Source: Candidatus Limnocylindria bacterium (GTDB lineage: Bacteria; Chloroflexota; Limnocylindria; QHBO01). Taken from it: a DNA stretch of 49,408 nt. Where the stretch lies: assembly GCA_036555005.1 (NCBI GenBank), contig DATBME010000054.1, positions 1 to 49,408 of the forward strand, in the 5' to 3' direction. Made by a program: the position numbers and the translations under genes. Of the stretch, positions 18,930 to 29,504 are shown in pieces (the first letter of the stretch is position 1; each line of letters begins with the position of its first letter). The notes beneath the pieces are model-generated. The model worked only from the letters and a program-made list of their open reading frames with translations, was not told the origin of the DNA and searched no databases.

Positions 18930-20425
18930 GCCAGTGACTCCTGCAGGCTCGACTTGCGCAGGGCCGCGTCGAGCCGCGCCAGCACCCGGTCACGGCCCAG
19001 CAGCTCCATCGAGCCGAACAGCGGCGGCGAAACGCTGCGACCGGTGACCGCCACGCGCAGCGGACGGAAGAAGTCGCCCGCCGTCCAGCCCAGCCGCTCG
19101 GCCTCGGCCCGGCAGCGCGACTCCAGCACGTCGGCCGCGAAGTCGGCGGCGGCCAGCTCGCCCAGCGCCTCGCGGGCGGCGCGCAGCGCGGCCGTCGCAT
19201 CGGCCACGCTTCGCCCCTTGGGCACCAGCTTATCGGCGTCGTACAGCGCCGCCACCTCGTCATCCGACTCGGTCAGGAAGGCGGCCAGCTCGCGGGCATC
19301 GGCCAGCTTGACCAACCGCTCCTTGATCAGCGGGACCACCCGCAGCACCCCTTCGTCATCCAGCGCCTCCGGCAGGAAGTGGCGCAACCGCAGCGCCAGC
19401 TGCTCATCGGTCAGGCTGCGGATGTAGATCCCGTTCAGGTAGTTCAGCCGATCCTTGTCGAAGATGGCGCCGCCCTTGTGGACCTGGGCCAGGTCGAAGC
19501 GCTCGATCAGCTGGTCGAGCGTGAAGATCTCCTCCTCGGTTCCCGGGCTCCAGCCCAGGAAGGCCAGGAAGTTGACCATCGCCTCCGGCAGGTAGCCCTC
19601 TTCCCGGTAGGCGGTGACCGAGGTCTGTGACTTCCGCTTGCTCATCTTCGACCGATCCGCGTTCAGGATCAGCGGGATGTGCCCGAAGCGCGGCTCACGG
19701 TAGCCCAGCGCTCGGATCAGGGCAATGTGCTTCGGCGTGTTCGAGATGTGATCCTCGCCACGGATGACGTGGGTGATCTCCATCTTCTCGTCGTCGACGA
19801 CCACCACGAAGTGGTACAGCGGCGAGCCATCGGCGCGCACGATGATGAAGTCGCCGAGCAGGCGGTTGTCGAACTCGACCTCGCCGCGGACCAGGTCGTC
19901 GAAGCGCACCGTCTCGGCCGGGACCTGGAAGCGGATCGCTGGCTTCCGTCCCTCGGCGGCGAACTGCGCCAGGTCGGCATCGGTCAGGCGCAGGCAGCGG
20001 CCGTTGTAGCGCGGCGCCTCCTTCGCTGCCTCCTGCTCACGGCGAACGGCCTCCAGCTCCTCCGGCGTGCACCAGCAGTGGTAGGCGTGGCCGGATTCGA
20101 GCAGCCGCGCCGCCTCGGCCGCGTACAGCTCCGATCGGTTGCGCTGCCGGTACGGCCCGTAGGGACCGATGTCCTCGCCCCCCGCCACCTGCGGGCCCTC
20201 GTCCCAGGTGATGCCCAGCCAGTGCAGGTTGTCGATGATGTCGCGCTCGTCGTCTTCGGTGCTGCGCACCAGGTCGGTGTCCTCGATGCGCAGCACGTAC
20301 GTCCCGCCGACGTGGCGGGCGAACAGGAAGTTGTAGAGGCTGGTCCGCGCCGTGCCGATGTGCAGGCGCCCCGTGGGGCTGGGGGCCATGCGGGCACGAA
20401 TGGGTCGCTCGCTCGTCCGCGTCAT
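18926..20425 (-). CDS. gltX: Glutamate--tRNA ligase
   Basis: RMAPSPTGRLHIGTARTSLYNFLFAR...YVLRIEDTD and KMSKRK; class I HIGH and KMSKS motifs. Confidence 0.95.
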   Translation of the reverse strand: MTRTSERPIRARMAPSPTGRLHIGTARTSLYNFLFARHVGGTYVLRIEDTDLVRSTEDDERDIIDNLHWLGITWDEGPQVAGGEDIGPYGPYRQRNRSELYAAEAARLLESGHAYHCWCTPEELEAVRREQEAAKEAPRYNGRCLRLTDADLAQFAAEGRKPAIRFQVPAETVRFDDLVRGEVEFDNRLLGDFIIVRADGSPLYHFVVVVDDEKMEITHVIRGEDHISNTPKHIALIRALGYREPRFGHIPLILNADRSKMSKRKSQTSVTAYREEGYLPEAMVNFLAFLGWSPGTEEEIFTLDQLIERFDLAQVHKGGAIFDKDRLNYLNGIYIRSLTDEQLALRLRHFLPEALDDEGVLRVVPLIKERLVKLADARELAAFLTESDDEVAALYDADKLVPKGRSVADATAALRAAREALGELAAADFAADVLESRCRAEAERLGWTAGDFFRPLRVAVTGRSVSPPLFGSMELLGRDRVLARLDAALRKSSLQESLA

Positions 20426-21468
20426 CGGTCCGCCGATGGTAGCGCCACGGCCGCCCGCATCTCGCCGGACGGCGCGCCGCGGGGGTCGAGCACGGGCGGG
20501 GCGGCGAACTCGGCCAGGCGCCCCTCGACGGCGGCGGCGTCCAGCACGCCCAGCTCCCGCAGCGCGGCCACGGTGATCACGTTGCGCGCCCGGTGAGCGG
20601 CGTCGCCATCTTCGACCTTGATGGCCAGCCCTCGCGCTTCGCGGCCGGCCTCGCCGGCCTCGCCGGTCATGATGCCGACCGCCTGGACCCCCTCGGCACC
20701 GCCCTTCGAGACCAGGGCGCCGGGGGCGGCGCGCATCAGGGCGGTGTCCAGGTTGCGACGCTCGCCGCCCACCAGCTCGGGGTGCGCCATCATCGCGTCG
20801 CGGATGCGCTCGAGCGCCGAGCGAAGCGTGGGATCCTCCACGCCGGACGGATCGGCCAGCCGCGCGAAGGCCAGCGCCAGGCCGCGCAGCGGGATGCCGA
20901 AGGTCACCACCCCGCAGCCATCAGTGGCCAGGGGGATCTTGGCGCGCGGCACCCCTGCCAGCGTTGAGACCATATCGATGGCCAGCTGCTGGACCGGGTG
21001 GTCGGGCTGCCAGTACGTCTCGACCGGCCAGCCGGCCGCCTTGGCGTGGAGCGCCATGCCAGCGTGCTTGCCGGAGCAGTTGTGTCGGAGAGGCGACGGA
21101 GGCTCACCGTCGCGGATCAGGCGCTCGGCCGTCTCGCGGTCGTACGGGCGGTGGGTGCCGCAGGCCAGCACCTCGCGCGTCAGGCCGCCGGCGCGCAGCA
21201 CCGCCTGGACGGTGCGCGCATGCCGATCCTCGCCGGCGTGCGAGGCGGCCATGATCGCCAGCGCCTCGCTGGGGGCCGGGAAGTCGTAGGCATCAAAGCG
21301 GCCGGACGCCACGAACGGCGCCAGCTGGAACGGCTTGGCCGACGAGCGGATGTAGGCAACGGTGCGCGGGTCGCCGACCGAGGCCACCGCCTTGCCGGCG
21401 GCGGACATCACCGTCAACCAGCCGCGATGGCGCGACTCGACCCGATCCCCGCGGGTGACCTCGACCAG
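20422..21468 (-). CDS. L-asparaginase II family protein (start codon unresolved)
   Basis: VEVTRGDRVESRHRG...SSAKPFQ...MAASHAGEDRH...NCSGKHAGM. The conserved N-terminus begins near 21471. The only in-frame ATG/GTG/TTG codons upstream are GTGs at 21696 and 21684, inside the bactofilin gene. The coordinate given uses the CTG at 21468. Confidence 0.7.
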   Translation of the reverse strand: MVEVTRGDRVESRHRGWLTVMSAAGKAVASVGDPRTVAYIRSSAKPFQLAPFVASGRFDAYDFPAPSEALAIMAASHAGEDRHARTVQAVLRAGGLTREVLACGTHRPYDRETAERLIRDGEPPSPLRHNCSGKHAGMALHAKAAGWPVETYWQPDHPVQQLAIDMVSTLAGVPRAKIPLATDGCGVVTFGIPLRGLALAFARLADPSGVEDPTLRSALERIRDAMMAHPELVGGERRNLDTALMRAAPGALVSKGGAEGVQAVGIMTGEAGEAGREARGLAIKVEDGDAAHRARNVITVAALRELGVLDAAAVEGRLAEFAAPPVLDPRGAPSGEMRAAVALPSADR

Positions 21469-21502
21469 GACCGGCGGCGCTTCGGCAGCGGCCGCCCGGG
21501 CC

Positions 21503-22150
21503 CTACTGCCCGTTGCTGCCGGTTCCCGGCCCGGTGGCGGCGCGCTCGCCGCCTGGGGCGGCCTCGCGCTCGGACTTGCTGAAGATCGAGCCCTGGCCGG
21601 CCGGCGCGCCAGCGGCCACCGGCTGCTGCGCCTGGCTCTTGCCCTGGGCCGGCTGCGACTGCTGCTGCGGCGCGGAGGCGGCACGCGGGGCGGCACCCTC
21701 GTGGGTCATGATCACGGAGCCCTCCCAGTGGGCGCCCTCCTTGACCACCAGGACCTGGGTCTTGACCTTGCCCTTGACGCGGCCGGTGGAGCCGATCTCA
21801 AATCGTCCGCCGCAGTCGACGTCGCCCTCGTAATCGCCGTTGATGATCACGTTATGGGCGGTGATGCCGCTGCGCACGCGGGCCTGCGGGCTGATGATGA
21901 GCGTCCCCTGGCACTCGATCTCACCCTGGGCCTCGCCCTCGATCCGCAGGTCGCGGTCCGAGACGTACTTGCCGTTGAAGCGGGCATGCGGATCGATCAC
22001 GCTCTCGTTGCCGGAGTCGGGGCGGCGGAACTCTGTCGGTGAAGGGGTCACATCGACCTCACTGGTAAGGCTGTCCGGGTAGAGGTTGCCGACGACATCC
22101 TCGCGCGACAAGGCGTCGGACTTGTTGTCTCGCTTGGATCCGAAGACCAC
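21503..22150 (-). CDS. Bactofilin (polymer-forming cytoskeletal protein) with a Q/A/P-rich tail
   Basis: GTG at 22150 has GGAAGGAG 6 nt upstream. Beta-helix repeats [62 protein letters not shown]. Confidence 0.85.
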   Translation of the reverse strand: MVFGSKRDNKSDALSREDVVGNLYPDSLTSEVDVTPSPTEFRRPDSGNESVIDPHARFNGKYVSDRDLRIEGEAQGEIECQGTLIISPQARVRSGITAHNVIINGDYEGDVDCGGRFEIGSTGRVKGKVKTQVLVVKEGAHWEGSVIMTHEGAAPRAASAPQQQSQPAQGKSQAQQPVAAGAPAGQGSIFSKSEREAAPGGERAATGPGTGSNGQ

Positions 22151-22330
22151 GGCTTGCTCCTTCCTCTTCGGCGGCGATCCAAGGGGGGAGCGCCGGTCGT
22201 GCCGGAATCTGGCAGGAAGGGTAAGCCTACCAGCCAACTCGTCGGGGAGGTAGTCCCAGGTACTGATGGCCACGCCCGGCGCGGGCCGGCGGCCCCGCAC
22301 CGCACGAGCCGGCGCGTAGAATCGCCCGCG

Positions 22331-23065
22331 ATGGCCACCACCGACCGCTCGCCGAGCCTGCATGTCAGTGCGCATCCGCTGGTCGCCCATAAGCTCGCCA
22401 TCCTGCGCGACACCGGCACCGACACCAAGAAGTTCCGCGAGCTGGTGCGCGAGCTGACCTGGCTGCTCGGCTACGAGGCGATGGCCGACCTGGCCACGCG
22501 CGGCCGACGGGTGCAGACGCCGCTGGAGGAGACCGATGGCGCCGAGGTCGAGCCCAAGGTCGGGCTGGTGCCGGTTTTGCGCGCCGGGCTGGGCATGGTG
22601 GACGCCATGCTGGAGCTGATCCCGACCGCCGAGGTCTGGCACATCGGCCTGTACCGCGACGAGCGGACGCTGAAGCCGGTCGAGTACTACAACAAGCTAC
22701 CTGACGCGGCCACGGTGCAGGTCTGCCTGATCCTGGACCCCATGCTCGCCACCGGCGGCTCGGCGGCCGCCACGGTCGACATCCTCAAGGCCTGGGGCGC
22801 GGTCCGCATCAAGCAGGTCAGCCTGATCGCGGCGCCGGAGGGCGTGGCGACCCTGTCGACGGCCCATCCGGACGTGGACATCCACGTGGCGGCGGTCGAT
22901 CGCGAGCTCAACGAGCGCGGCTATATCGTGCCCGGCCTGGGCGACGCCGGCGACCGCCAGTTCGGCACCTTCGCCGGCCCCGCCTCCGAGCCGGGACATG
23001 CCAGTGGCGACGATCCGGCCGAGGTGGTGCGTCGCCTGCAGCGGGATCTCGCCGGCCGCTCCTGA
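22331..23065 (+). CDS. upp: Uracil phosphoribosyltransferase
   Basis: [13 protein letters not shown]...[10 protein letters not shown]...[11 protein letters not shown]...[22 protein letters not shown]8-ATG lies upstream. Confidence 0.9.
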   Translation: MATTDRSPSLHVSAHPLVAHKLAILRDTGTDTKKFRELVRELTWLLGYEAMADLATRGRRVQTPLEETDGAEVEPKVGLVPVLRAGLGMVDAMLELIPTAEVWHIGLYRDERTLKPVEYYNKLPDAATVQVCLILDPMLATGGSAAATVDILKAWGAVRIKQVSLIAAPEGVATLSTAHPDVDIHVAAVDRELNERGYIVPGLGDAGDRQFGTFAGPASEPGHASGDDPAEVVRRLQRDLAGRS

Positions 23066-23109
23066 GCGTGGTCGCAGCGCCAGCGGCTCCGTCCTGAGCC
23101 GGCGCCGAA

Positions 23110-23133
23110 TTCGGGACAACGAAATGTCCCGAA
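23110..23133. repeat. Perfect 9-bp inverted repeat with a 6-nt spacer in the upp/GH15 convergent intergenic region
   Basis: ttcgggaca-acgaaa-tgtcccgaa. It could act as a bidirectional terminator hairpin (no U-tract) or as an operator. Confidence 0.45.
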
Positions 23134-23316
23134 AGAACTGCCCTCGGACTTGATGCAATCGCCGCCGCTGGCCGCCCCTTCGGGACCACCACAGCATATG
23201 GTCGCCGGGCGCCCGGGACAAGCCCTCTTATCCCCGACCTTTGGCCCTCAGGCCCGAGTTATCCACGATGTATCCCCAACGTGGACAAGGTCCACGATTG
23301 ATCCGGCGGCGCGCAG

Positions 23317-25380
23317 CTAATCTGCACCGCTTCCGTTGCCGCTCCCGTCCCCGCCACTCCAGCGGTGCGGCACGGCCAGTGGCGGCTCGACCTCGAACTC
23401 CTCGGCAGCGGCCTCCGGCCGGGGACCGTCCTCCTCGGCTTCGGTCCGGGGTGCCAGCGACGCGGGCGTGGCCTCGCTCTGCTCGGCGTGGATGACGTGC
23501 ATCACCGCGTTGATCAGGGCCAGGTGGGTGAAGGCCTGCGGGAAGTTGCCCAGGTGCCGTCCCGTCTCCGGATCGATCTCCTCCCCGTACAGGTCCAGCG
23601 GGCTGGCGAACGAGAGGAGCCGCTCGCACAGGCGACGCGCGCGGTCCAGCTCCCCGATCTCGCACAGCGCCGACACCAGCCAGAACGAGCAGATGGTGAA
23701 GGCGCCCTCGCGGCCGGTCAGGCCATCATCGGTCTGGTCCGTGCGATAGCGCAGCACCAGGCCGTCGTCGGTCAGCTCCTCGGCGATGGCATGCACCGTC
23801 CTGGCGATTCGCTCGTCGTCGGGCGGCAGGAAGCGCACCAGCGGCAGCAGCAGCAGCGAGGCGTCGAGCGCATCCGACTCGTAGTGCTGGGTGAACACGC
23901 CGCGCCGGTCGACCCCGTGGGCCAGCACGTCGGCCTTGATCTCGTCGGCCGCCGCCTGCCAGCGCTCGGCTTGCTCATGGTCCTCGCGCAGCCGGGCCAG
24001 CCGCGCGCCGCGGTCGCAGGCGACCCAGCACATGACCTTCGAGGAGGTGAAGTGCTTCGGCTCGCCGCGCACCTCCCAGATGCCGCGATCCGGCTCGCGC
24101 CAGTGGGCGATGGCCTGTTCCACCTGCTTGACCAGGATCGGCCAGATCGCCTCGTCCAGGCGGTCGCGCGAGCGGGTGTGCAGGTAGACCGAGTCGAGCA
24201 TGGCGCCCCACATGTCGTGCTGGCGCTGCTGGTAGGCGTCATTGCCGATGCGGACCGGCCGGGCGCCCTCGTAGCCATGCAGGTGCAGTAGCTCCCGCTC
24301 CTCCAGGTCGCGCTCGCCGCCGACGCCGTACATGACCTGGAGGTCGTCGTGGCCGGCCACCTCGGCGATGAAGTACAGGAAGTCGTTCGCCTCCCAGTCG
24401 AAGCCGAGGCTGTACAGGCCCCACAGGGCGAAGGTCGAGTCGCGGATCCAGGAGTAGCGGTAGTCCCAGTTGCGCTCGCCACCGGGCGTCTCGGGCAGCG
24501 AGGTGGTGGCCGCCGCCACCACCGCCCCGGTGGGCGCGTAGGTCAGCCCCTTCAAGGTCAGCGCCGAGCGTTCCAGGTACGTCCGCCACGGATGGTCCGG
24601 GAAGCGGCCGCGGGCCAGCCAGTGCTGCCAGTGATGGGCGGTCCACACCAGCCGGCCATAGGCGTCGTCGAAGGTCCGCGGCGGGGCCAGGCTGCCCCAC
24701 GACAGGGCCACGAAGCGGCTCTGCCCCTCCTTCAGCATGGTGCGCGCGATGGCGCGCGGTCCCTCGAAGCCGATGTTCAGGTCGCTGGTCAGGGTCAGCT
24801 GCTGGTCGGTGCTGGCGCAGGCGCAGATGCCCTGGTGGTAGCCGTCCTCGGTGTAGGTCCAGGCGCCGAAGGTGCGGCCGTAGTCGAAGACCGGCTCGCA
24901 GTCCAGGACCAGCTGCACCGAGCCGTTCACGCAGCGCACGGTGCGCAGCAGGATGTGCTGGGCGTCGTAGTCGGTGGGCGCCCGCCGCTGCGTGCCGGAC
25001 CGCTCCTCTTCCTCGTGCCACGGCCCGATCAGCAGCACGTCGCGCACGATGATCCAGCCGGTGCTGGTCCCCCAGCTGGTCTCCAGCACGTTGGTGCCCG
25101 GCAGGTAGCGTCGCGAGGCCGGCACCTGCACGTCGGCCGGTCCGAAGCGGAAGCCGCCGGCGTCGCGATCCAGCAGCGCGCCGAACACGCTGGCCGAATC
25201 GACGCGCGGCACGCACAGCCATTCGATGTTGCCTGACGGTGCCACCAGGGCGGTCGTCTCGCAGTCGGACAGGAAGCCGTACTCGGCGATGGGCGGGAAG
25301 GGCGAGCCGGCGTACCCGGCGCCACTGGTCGGCCCCATCGAGCTCATCGGTTCCATCCGACGGTTGCCCTGCACGCTCAT
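23317..25380 (-). CDS. Glycoside hydrolase family 15 protein (glucoamylase/trehalase-like)
   Basis: YGFLSDCETTALVAPSGNIEWLCVPRVDSASVFGALLD..., NWDYRYSWIRDSTF, and an (alpha/alpha)6 region WREPDRGIWE. Confidence 0.88.
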   Translation of the reverse strand: MSVQGNRRMEPMSSMGPTSGAGYAGSPFPPIAEYGFLSDCETTALVAPSGNIEWLCVPRVDSASVFGALLDRDAGGFRFGPADVQVPASRRYLPGTNVLETSWGTSTGWIIVRDVLLIGPWHEEEERSGTQRRAPTDYDAQHILLRTVRCVNGSVQLVLDCEPVFDYGRTFGAWTYTEDGYHQGICACASTDQQLTLTSDLNIGFEGPRAIARTMLKEGQSRFVALSWGSLAPPRTFDDAYGRLVWTAHHWQHWLARGRFPDHPWRTYLERSALTLKGLTYAPTGAVVAAATTSLPETPGGERNWDYRYSWIRDSTFALWGLYSLGFDWEANDFLYFIAEVAGHDDLQVMYGVGGERDLEERELLHLHGYEGARPVRIGNDAYQQRQHDMWGAMLDSVYLHTRSRDRLDEAIWPILVKQVEQAIAHWREPDRGIWEVRGEPKHFTSSKVMCWVACDRGARLARLREDHEQAERWQAAADEIKADVLAHGVDRRGVFTQHYESDALDASLLLLPLVRFLPPDDERIARTVHAIAEELTDDGLVLRYRTDQTDDGLTGREGAFTICSFWLVSALCEIGELDRARRLCERLLSFASPLDLYGEEIDPETGRHLGNFPQAFTHLALINAVMHVIHAEQSEATPASLAPRTEAEEDGPRPEAAAEEFEVEPPLAVPHRWSGGDGSGNGSGAD

Positions 25381-25420
25381 CTCCCGTTGAGGGCCGTCTG
25401 TCTTACCACGTCCTGGCCGG

Positions 25421-26263
25421 CTAGACCAGCCCCGTGACGAGGTCGCGCACGTATCCCGGCTCCTCCAGCCACGGCCAGTGACCGCGGCCGGCATGGATCC
25501 GCAGCTCAGCGGTCGGCATCAGGGCGGCCGTGCGCTCGGCCTCGACCACCGGGATCGGGCTGCGCTCACCATGGGTCACCAGCACCGGTGCGTCCAGGCC
25601 CGGCAGGCCCCGCTCGAGGGTCCCGCGCGCGAAGTGGTCCGCGATCGAGGCCCAGGTCAGCGCGCCGGAGGGATGAAAGCGGAACCCCGGCATCGGGGGC
25701 GCAGCCGACGGATCGCCGAAGTAGAACGGCCACAGGATCCGCATCATCTCGAGCTGCTCGGCGTCGGTGGCCTCACCGCGGTCGCCCAGCGCGTCCAGCT
25801 CTTCGACGCGGGCGCGGTCACGCTCGGACAGCTCGGCCATGAGGTTTGGGCCAAGGGCGGCGGTGCCGCCGTCGTCCACGGCTCCCAGGCCGTCCAGCAC
25901 GACCATCCCCAGCAGCCGATCCGGGTGCGCGACCGCCAGGTGCATGGCCAGGTGGCCGCCCCAGGAATGGCCCACGACCCACGCCCGCTCCCAGCCCAGC
26001 GCGTCGAGCACGGCCACCGCATCGGCGACATGGGTGTCCACGTCGAACGGCCCATCGATCAGTGACGGGGCGAGCCCGCGCTGCTGGTACCGGGCGGTGG
26101 TCACCACGCCAGCCAGCTCCTGCGCCAGTGAGTCGAGATAGTCGGACATGCTGGGCCCGCCATGCAGCAGGAGGGCGGGTGGGCCCGCGTTCGCTGAACG
26201 CCAGCCGACGATCGCGCCGCCGGCGACCGGGGCGAGGAATTCGCGCTCACCTGGCGCCGTCAC
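25421..26263 (-). CDS. Alpha/beta hydrolase (proline-iminopeptidase-like)
   Basis: LLLHGGPS, nucleophile elbow VVGHSWGG, C-terminal [16 protein letters not shown]6-GTG lies upstream. The track ORF is extended 5-prime to 27376 through the antisense of mdh. Confidence 0.8.
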   Translation of the reverse strand: MTAPGEREFLAPVAGGAIVGWRSANAGPPALLLHGGPSMSDYLDSLAQELAGVVTTARYQQRGLAPSLIDGPFDVDTHVADAVAVLDALGWERAWVVGHSWGGHLAMHLAVAHPDRLLGMVVLDGLGAVDDGGTAALGPNLMAELSERDRARVEELDALGDRGEATDAEQLEMMRILWPFYFGDPSAAPPMPGFRFHPSGALTWASIADHFARGTLERGLPGLDAPVLVTHGERSPIPVVEAERTAALMPTAELRIHAGRGHWPWLEEPGYVRDLVTGLV

Positions 26264-26313
26264 CGGCCGATTATCGCCATTGCCCGGATGGCAGGCGGCT
26301 GCGTCCCCTGCGC

Positions 26314-26319
26314 TACACT
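26314..26319 (+). promoter_or_regulatory. Candidate -10 hexamer TACACT for a leaderless mdh-gltA transcript
   Basis: TACACT-N7-ATG(26327), back-to-back with the hydrolase promoter in a 63-bp divergent gap. Confidence 0.4.
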
Positions 26320-26326
26320 CGGACCG

Positions 26327-27319
26327 ATGCCCGACGCGCACCTCAAGGTGGCGATCACCGGCGCCGCCGGCCAGATCGGCTATGCGCTGGTCTTCCGCAT
26401 CGCTTCCGGCGAGATGTTCGGCCCCGACACCACCGTCGATCTCCAGCTGCTCGAGCTGGAGGCCGCGCTGCCGGCGCTGGAGGGCGTCGCCATGGAGCTC
26501 GACGACGGCGCCTTTCCTCTCCTCAAGCGCACCGTCCGCACGTCCGTCGCCAGCCAAGCGTTCGACGGCGCCAACTGGGCGCTGCTGGTCGGCGCGGTGC
26601 CGCGCAAGGCGGGCATGGAGCGCAAGGACCTGCTGACCGTCAACGGCGGCATCTTCACCGGCCAGGGCCGGGCCATCGCGGAGAACGCGGCCGACGACGT
26701 GCACGTACTGGTCGTCGGCAACCCGTGCAACACCAACTGCCTGATCGCCGCCGCCAACGCCTCGGAGATTCCGGATGACCGCTGGTTCGCGATGACCATG
26801 CTCGACGAGAACCGCGGCCGCAGCCAGCTGGCCCAGCGGGCCGGCGTGCCGGTCACGGAAGTGCGCGACCTGGCGGTGTGGGGCAACCACTCCAGCACCC
26901 AGTTCCCGGATTTCGCGCACGCCAGGATCGGCGGACGCCCCGCGCCGGAGGTGATCGACGACGAGGACTGGCTGCGCAACGACTTCATCAGCGCGGTCCA
27001 GCAGCGCGGCGCGGCGATCATCGCCGCCCGTGGCCAGTCGAGCGCGGCCAGCGCCGCCAACGCGGTGATCGACACGGTCCGCAACGTGGCCCGCCCGACC
27101 GGCGAGATCTTCAGCGCGGCCGTCCGCGCGCCGGGCGACGCATCGGGCTATGGCATCCCGCCTGGCCTGGTGTTCGGCTATCCGCTGCGGGCGACGGCGC
27201 CCGGCCAGGTGGAGATCGTGCAGGGCATCGAGCACGATGCGTGGGCGCAGTCCATGATCGACGCCACGCGCGACGAGCTGCTCGAGGAACGAGAGGCTGT
27301 GAAGGACCTTCTGCCATGA
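26327..27319 (+). CDS. mdh: Malate dehydrogenase
   Basis: [26 protein letters not shown]...[13 protein letters not shown]...[11 protein letters not shown]. Confidence 0.95.
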   Translation: MPDAHLKVAITGAAGQIGYALVFRIASGEMFGPDTTVDLQLLELEAALPALEGVAMELDDGAFPLLKRTVRTSVASQAFDGANWALLVGAVPRKAGMERKDLLTVNGGIFTGQGRAIAENAADDVHVLVVGNPCNTNCLIAAANASEIPDDRWFAMTMLDENRGRSQLAQRAGVPVTEVRDLAVWGNHSSTQFPDFAHARIGGRPAPEVIDDEDWLRNDFISAVQQRGAAIIAARGQSSAASAANAVIDTVRNVARPTGEIFSAAVRAPGDASGYGIPPGLVFGYPLRATAPGQVEIVQGIEHDAWAQSMIDATRDELLEEREAVKDLLP

Positions 27320-28623
27320 CCAACCAGGCACCGCCACGGAACGACGTGGCCTCGCTGACCTACGGCGACCGATCAATCGACCTGCCGGTCGTCCACGGCA
27401 CCGAGGACGAGGTGGCGGCCGACATCTCGAAGCTGCGCGGCGACACCGGCCTGATCACGCTGGACGTCGGCTACGGCAACACCGGCGCCACCCGCTCGGC
27501 GATCACCTTCCTGGACGGCGAGCAGGGGATCCTGCGCTACCGCGGCTATCCGATCGAGGAGCTGGCCGAGCAGAGCACCTTCCTGGAGGTGGCCTACCTG
27601 CTCATCAACGGCGAGCTGCCGACCCGCGCCGAGCTCGACCACTTCGTGGGCGAGATCACGCACCACACCCTCATCCGCGAGGAGATGCGGCACTTCTTCG
27701 ACTCCTTCCCGTACGACGCGCACCCGATGGCGGTGCTCGCCTCCGGGACGGTGGGGATGAGCACCTTCTACCCGGACAGCCACGAGGTCACCGACCCGGC
27801 GGCGGTTCAGCTGACCACCCTGCGGCTGATCGCCAAGCTGCCGACCCTGGCGGCGTGGTCGTTCAAGAAGGCGATCGGCCAGCCCTATGTCTACCCGCGC
27901 AACGACCTCGGCTATGCCGCCAACCTGCTGCACATGATGTTCGCCGTGCCGTCGGAGCCGTACGAGGTCCAGCCGGAGGTGGCGGAGGCGCTGGACCTGC
28001 TGCTCATCCTGCACGCCGACCATGAGCAGAACGCGTCCGCGGCCACGGTGCGCATGGTCGGCAGCACCCACGTCAACATGTACGCCTCGATCAGCGCCGG
28101 CATCTCCGCCCTGTGGGGCCCGCTGCATGGCGGCGCCAACGAGGACGTGATCCGCACGCTGGAGCGGATCGTGGCGGACGGCGGGGATGTCCAGAAGTGG
28201 GTGGACCGCGCCAAGGACCCCGATCACAAGTTCAAGCTGCCCGGCTTCGGCCACCGGGTCTACAAGAACTTCGACCCGCGGGCCATCATCATCAAGCGCG
28301 CCGCCGAGCGCGTCCTGGACGCCACCGGCGCCGACGGGGAGCTGTTCGAGGTGGCCAAGAAGCTGGAGGAGGTCGCCATCCACGACGAGTACTTCGTCCA
28401 GCGCAAGCTGTATGCGAACGTCGACTTCTACTCGGGCCTGATCTACCACGCCATCGGCTTCCCGAAGAACATGTTCACCAACTGCTTCGCCATCGGCCGG
28501 CTGCCCGGCTGGATCGCGCAGTGGCAGGAGATGATCCGGGACCCGGAGACCAAGATCGGCCGACCGCGGCAGGTGTACACCGGGCCGACCGCGCGAACCT
28601 ACGTTCCCATCGACGCCCGCTGA
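27316..28623 (+). CDS. gltA: Citrate synthase
   Basis: ATGA overlap with the mdh stop. [23 protein letters not shown]...[13 protein letters not shown]...GPLHGGANE...[15 protein letters not shown]. Confidence 0.95.
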   Translation: MTNQAPPRNDVASLTYGDRSIDLPVVHGTEDEVAADISKLRGDTGLITLDVGYGNTGATRSAITFLDGEQGILRYRGYPIEELAEQSTFLEVAYLLINGELPTRAELDHFVGEITHHTLIREEMRHFFDSFPYDAHPMAVLASGTVGMSTFYPDSHEVTDPAAVQLTTLRLIAKLPTLAAWSFKKAIGQPYVYPRNDLGYAANLLHMMFAVPSEPYEVQPEVAEALDLLLILHADHEQNASAATVRMVGSTHVNMYASISAGISALWGPLHGGANEDVIRTLERIVADGGDVQKWVDRAKDPDHKFKLPGFGHRVYKNFDPRAIIIKRAAERVLDATGADGELFEVAKKLEEVAIHDEYFVQRKLYANVDFYSGLIYHAIGFPKNMFTNCFAIGRLPGWIAQWQEMIRDPETKIGRPRQVYTGPTARTYVPIDAR

Positions 28624-28724
28624 GCCGATCCCTGGCGGTTGCCGGCGTCGGCATGGCGAACGGTCGCGCTGGTCGCATTTGTGACTGACGCCGCCGTCGA
28701 CAGCCGCCCTACCATGCCGCGCAC

Positions 28725-29504
28725 ATGAGGCTCACCATCCTCGGCCGCAGCCCGGCCCGACCCAACCCGGGAGAGGCCTGCGCCGGCTACCTGATCGAGG
28801 GCGGCGGCGCCCGGCTGCTGATGGACGTCGGCCCGGGCGTGGTCGCCCAGCTGCTGCGTCGCAACACGCCGGACGAGCTGGACGCGGTGGTGATCAGCCA
28901 CATGCACACCGATCACTGCCTGGACCTGGTGACGCTGCGCTACTGCTACCCCTGGATCGACGTGGCCAAGAAGCGGCTGCTGGTGATCGTGCCGCCCGGC
29001 GCCACCGCCCAGCTGGCCGAGATGGCGCTGGGGGCCGGCTACCAGAACTTCTTCGACAAGAGCTTCATCTTCGTGGAGCACGACGGCAAGCGACCGATCG
29101 AGATCGGCAACCTGCGGCTGGAGCCGGACGAGACTCAGCACTTCGTGCGCACCTGGGGCTTCCGCATCAGCGCGCGCGGCGCCGACGAGGACCCGGACCG
29201 GATCCTGGCCTACTCGGCCGATGCCGGCCCATGCCCGGCCCTGCCCCGCATCGCCGACACGGCCGAGCTGTTCCTGTGCGAGGCGGCGCTGCGGTCGCTC
29301 GACGAGGACGATCCGGCACCGCTGAGCCGCGGCCACCTGCTGCCGGCCGAGGCCGCGCGGCTGGCAAGCGAGGCGGCGGTCAACCGCCTGCTGCTGACCC
29401 ACATCCCGCTCCCCGATCGCGGGGCCTGGGCCCTGGAGCAGGCGGCCGCCGAGTTCGATGGCCCGCTGGAGATCGCCGAGCCGCTGCGGACCTACGAGAT
29501 CTAG
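28725..29504 (+). CDS. MBL-fold metallo-hydrolase
   Basis: AGYLIEGGGARLLMDVGPG...VVISHMHTDHCLDL. TACCAT-N9-ATG lies upstream. Confidence 0.8.
   Translation: MRLTILGRSPARPNPGEACAGYLIEGGGARLLMDVGPGVVAQLLRRNTPDELDAVVISHMHTDHCLDLVTLRYCYPWIDVAKKRLLVIVPPGATAQLAEMALGAGYQNFFDKSFIFVEHDGKRPIEIGNLRLEPDETQHFVRTWGFRISARGADEDPDRILAYSADAGPCPALPRIADTAELFLCEAALRSLDEDDPAPLSRGHLLPAEAARLASEAAVNRLLLTHIPLPDRGAWALEQAAAEFDGPLEIAEPLRTYEI

Noticed and set aside
23100-23300. Chromosomal replication origin (oriC)
   Set aside because: No dnaA, dnaN, rpmH or parAB genes nearby, no AT-rich unwinding element, and only two 8/9 boxes. Reported only as a DnaA-box-like cluster needing tests.
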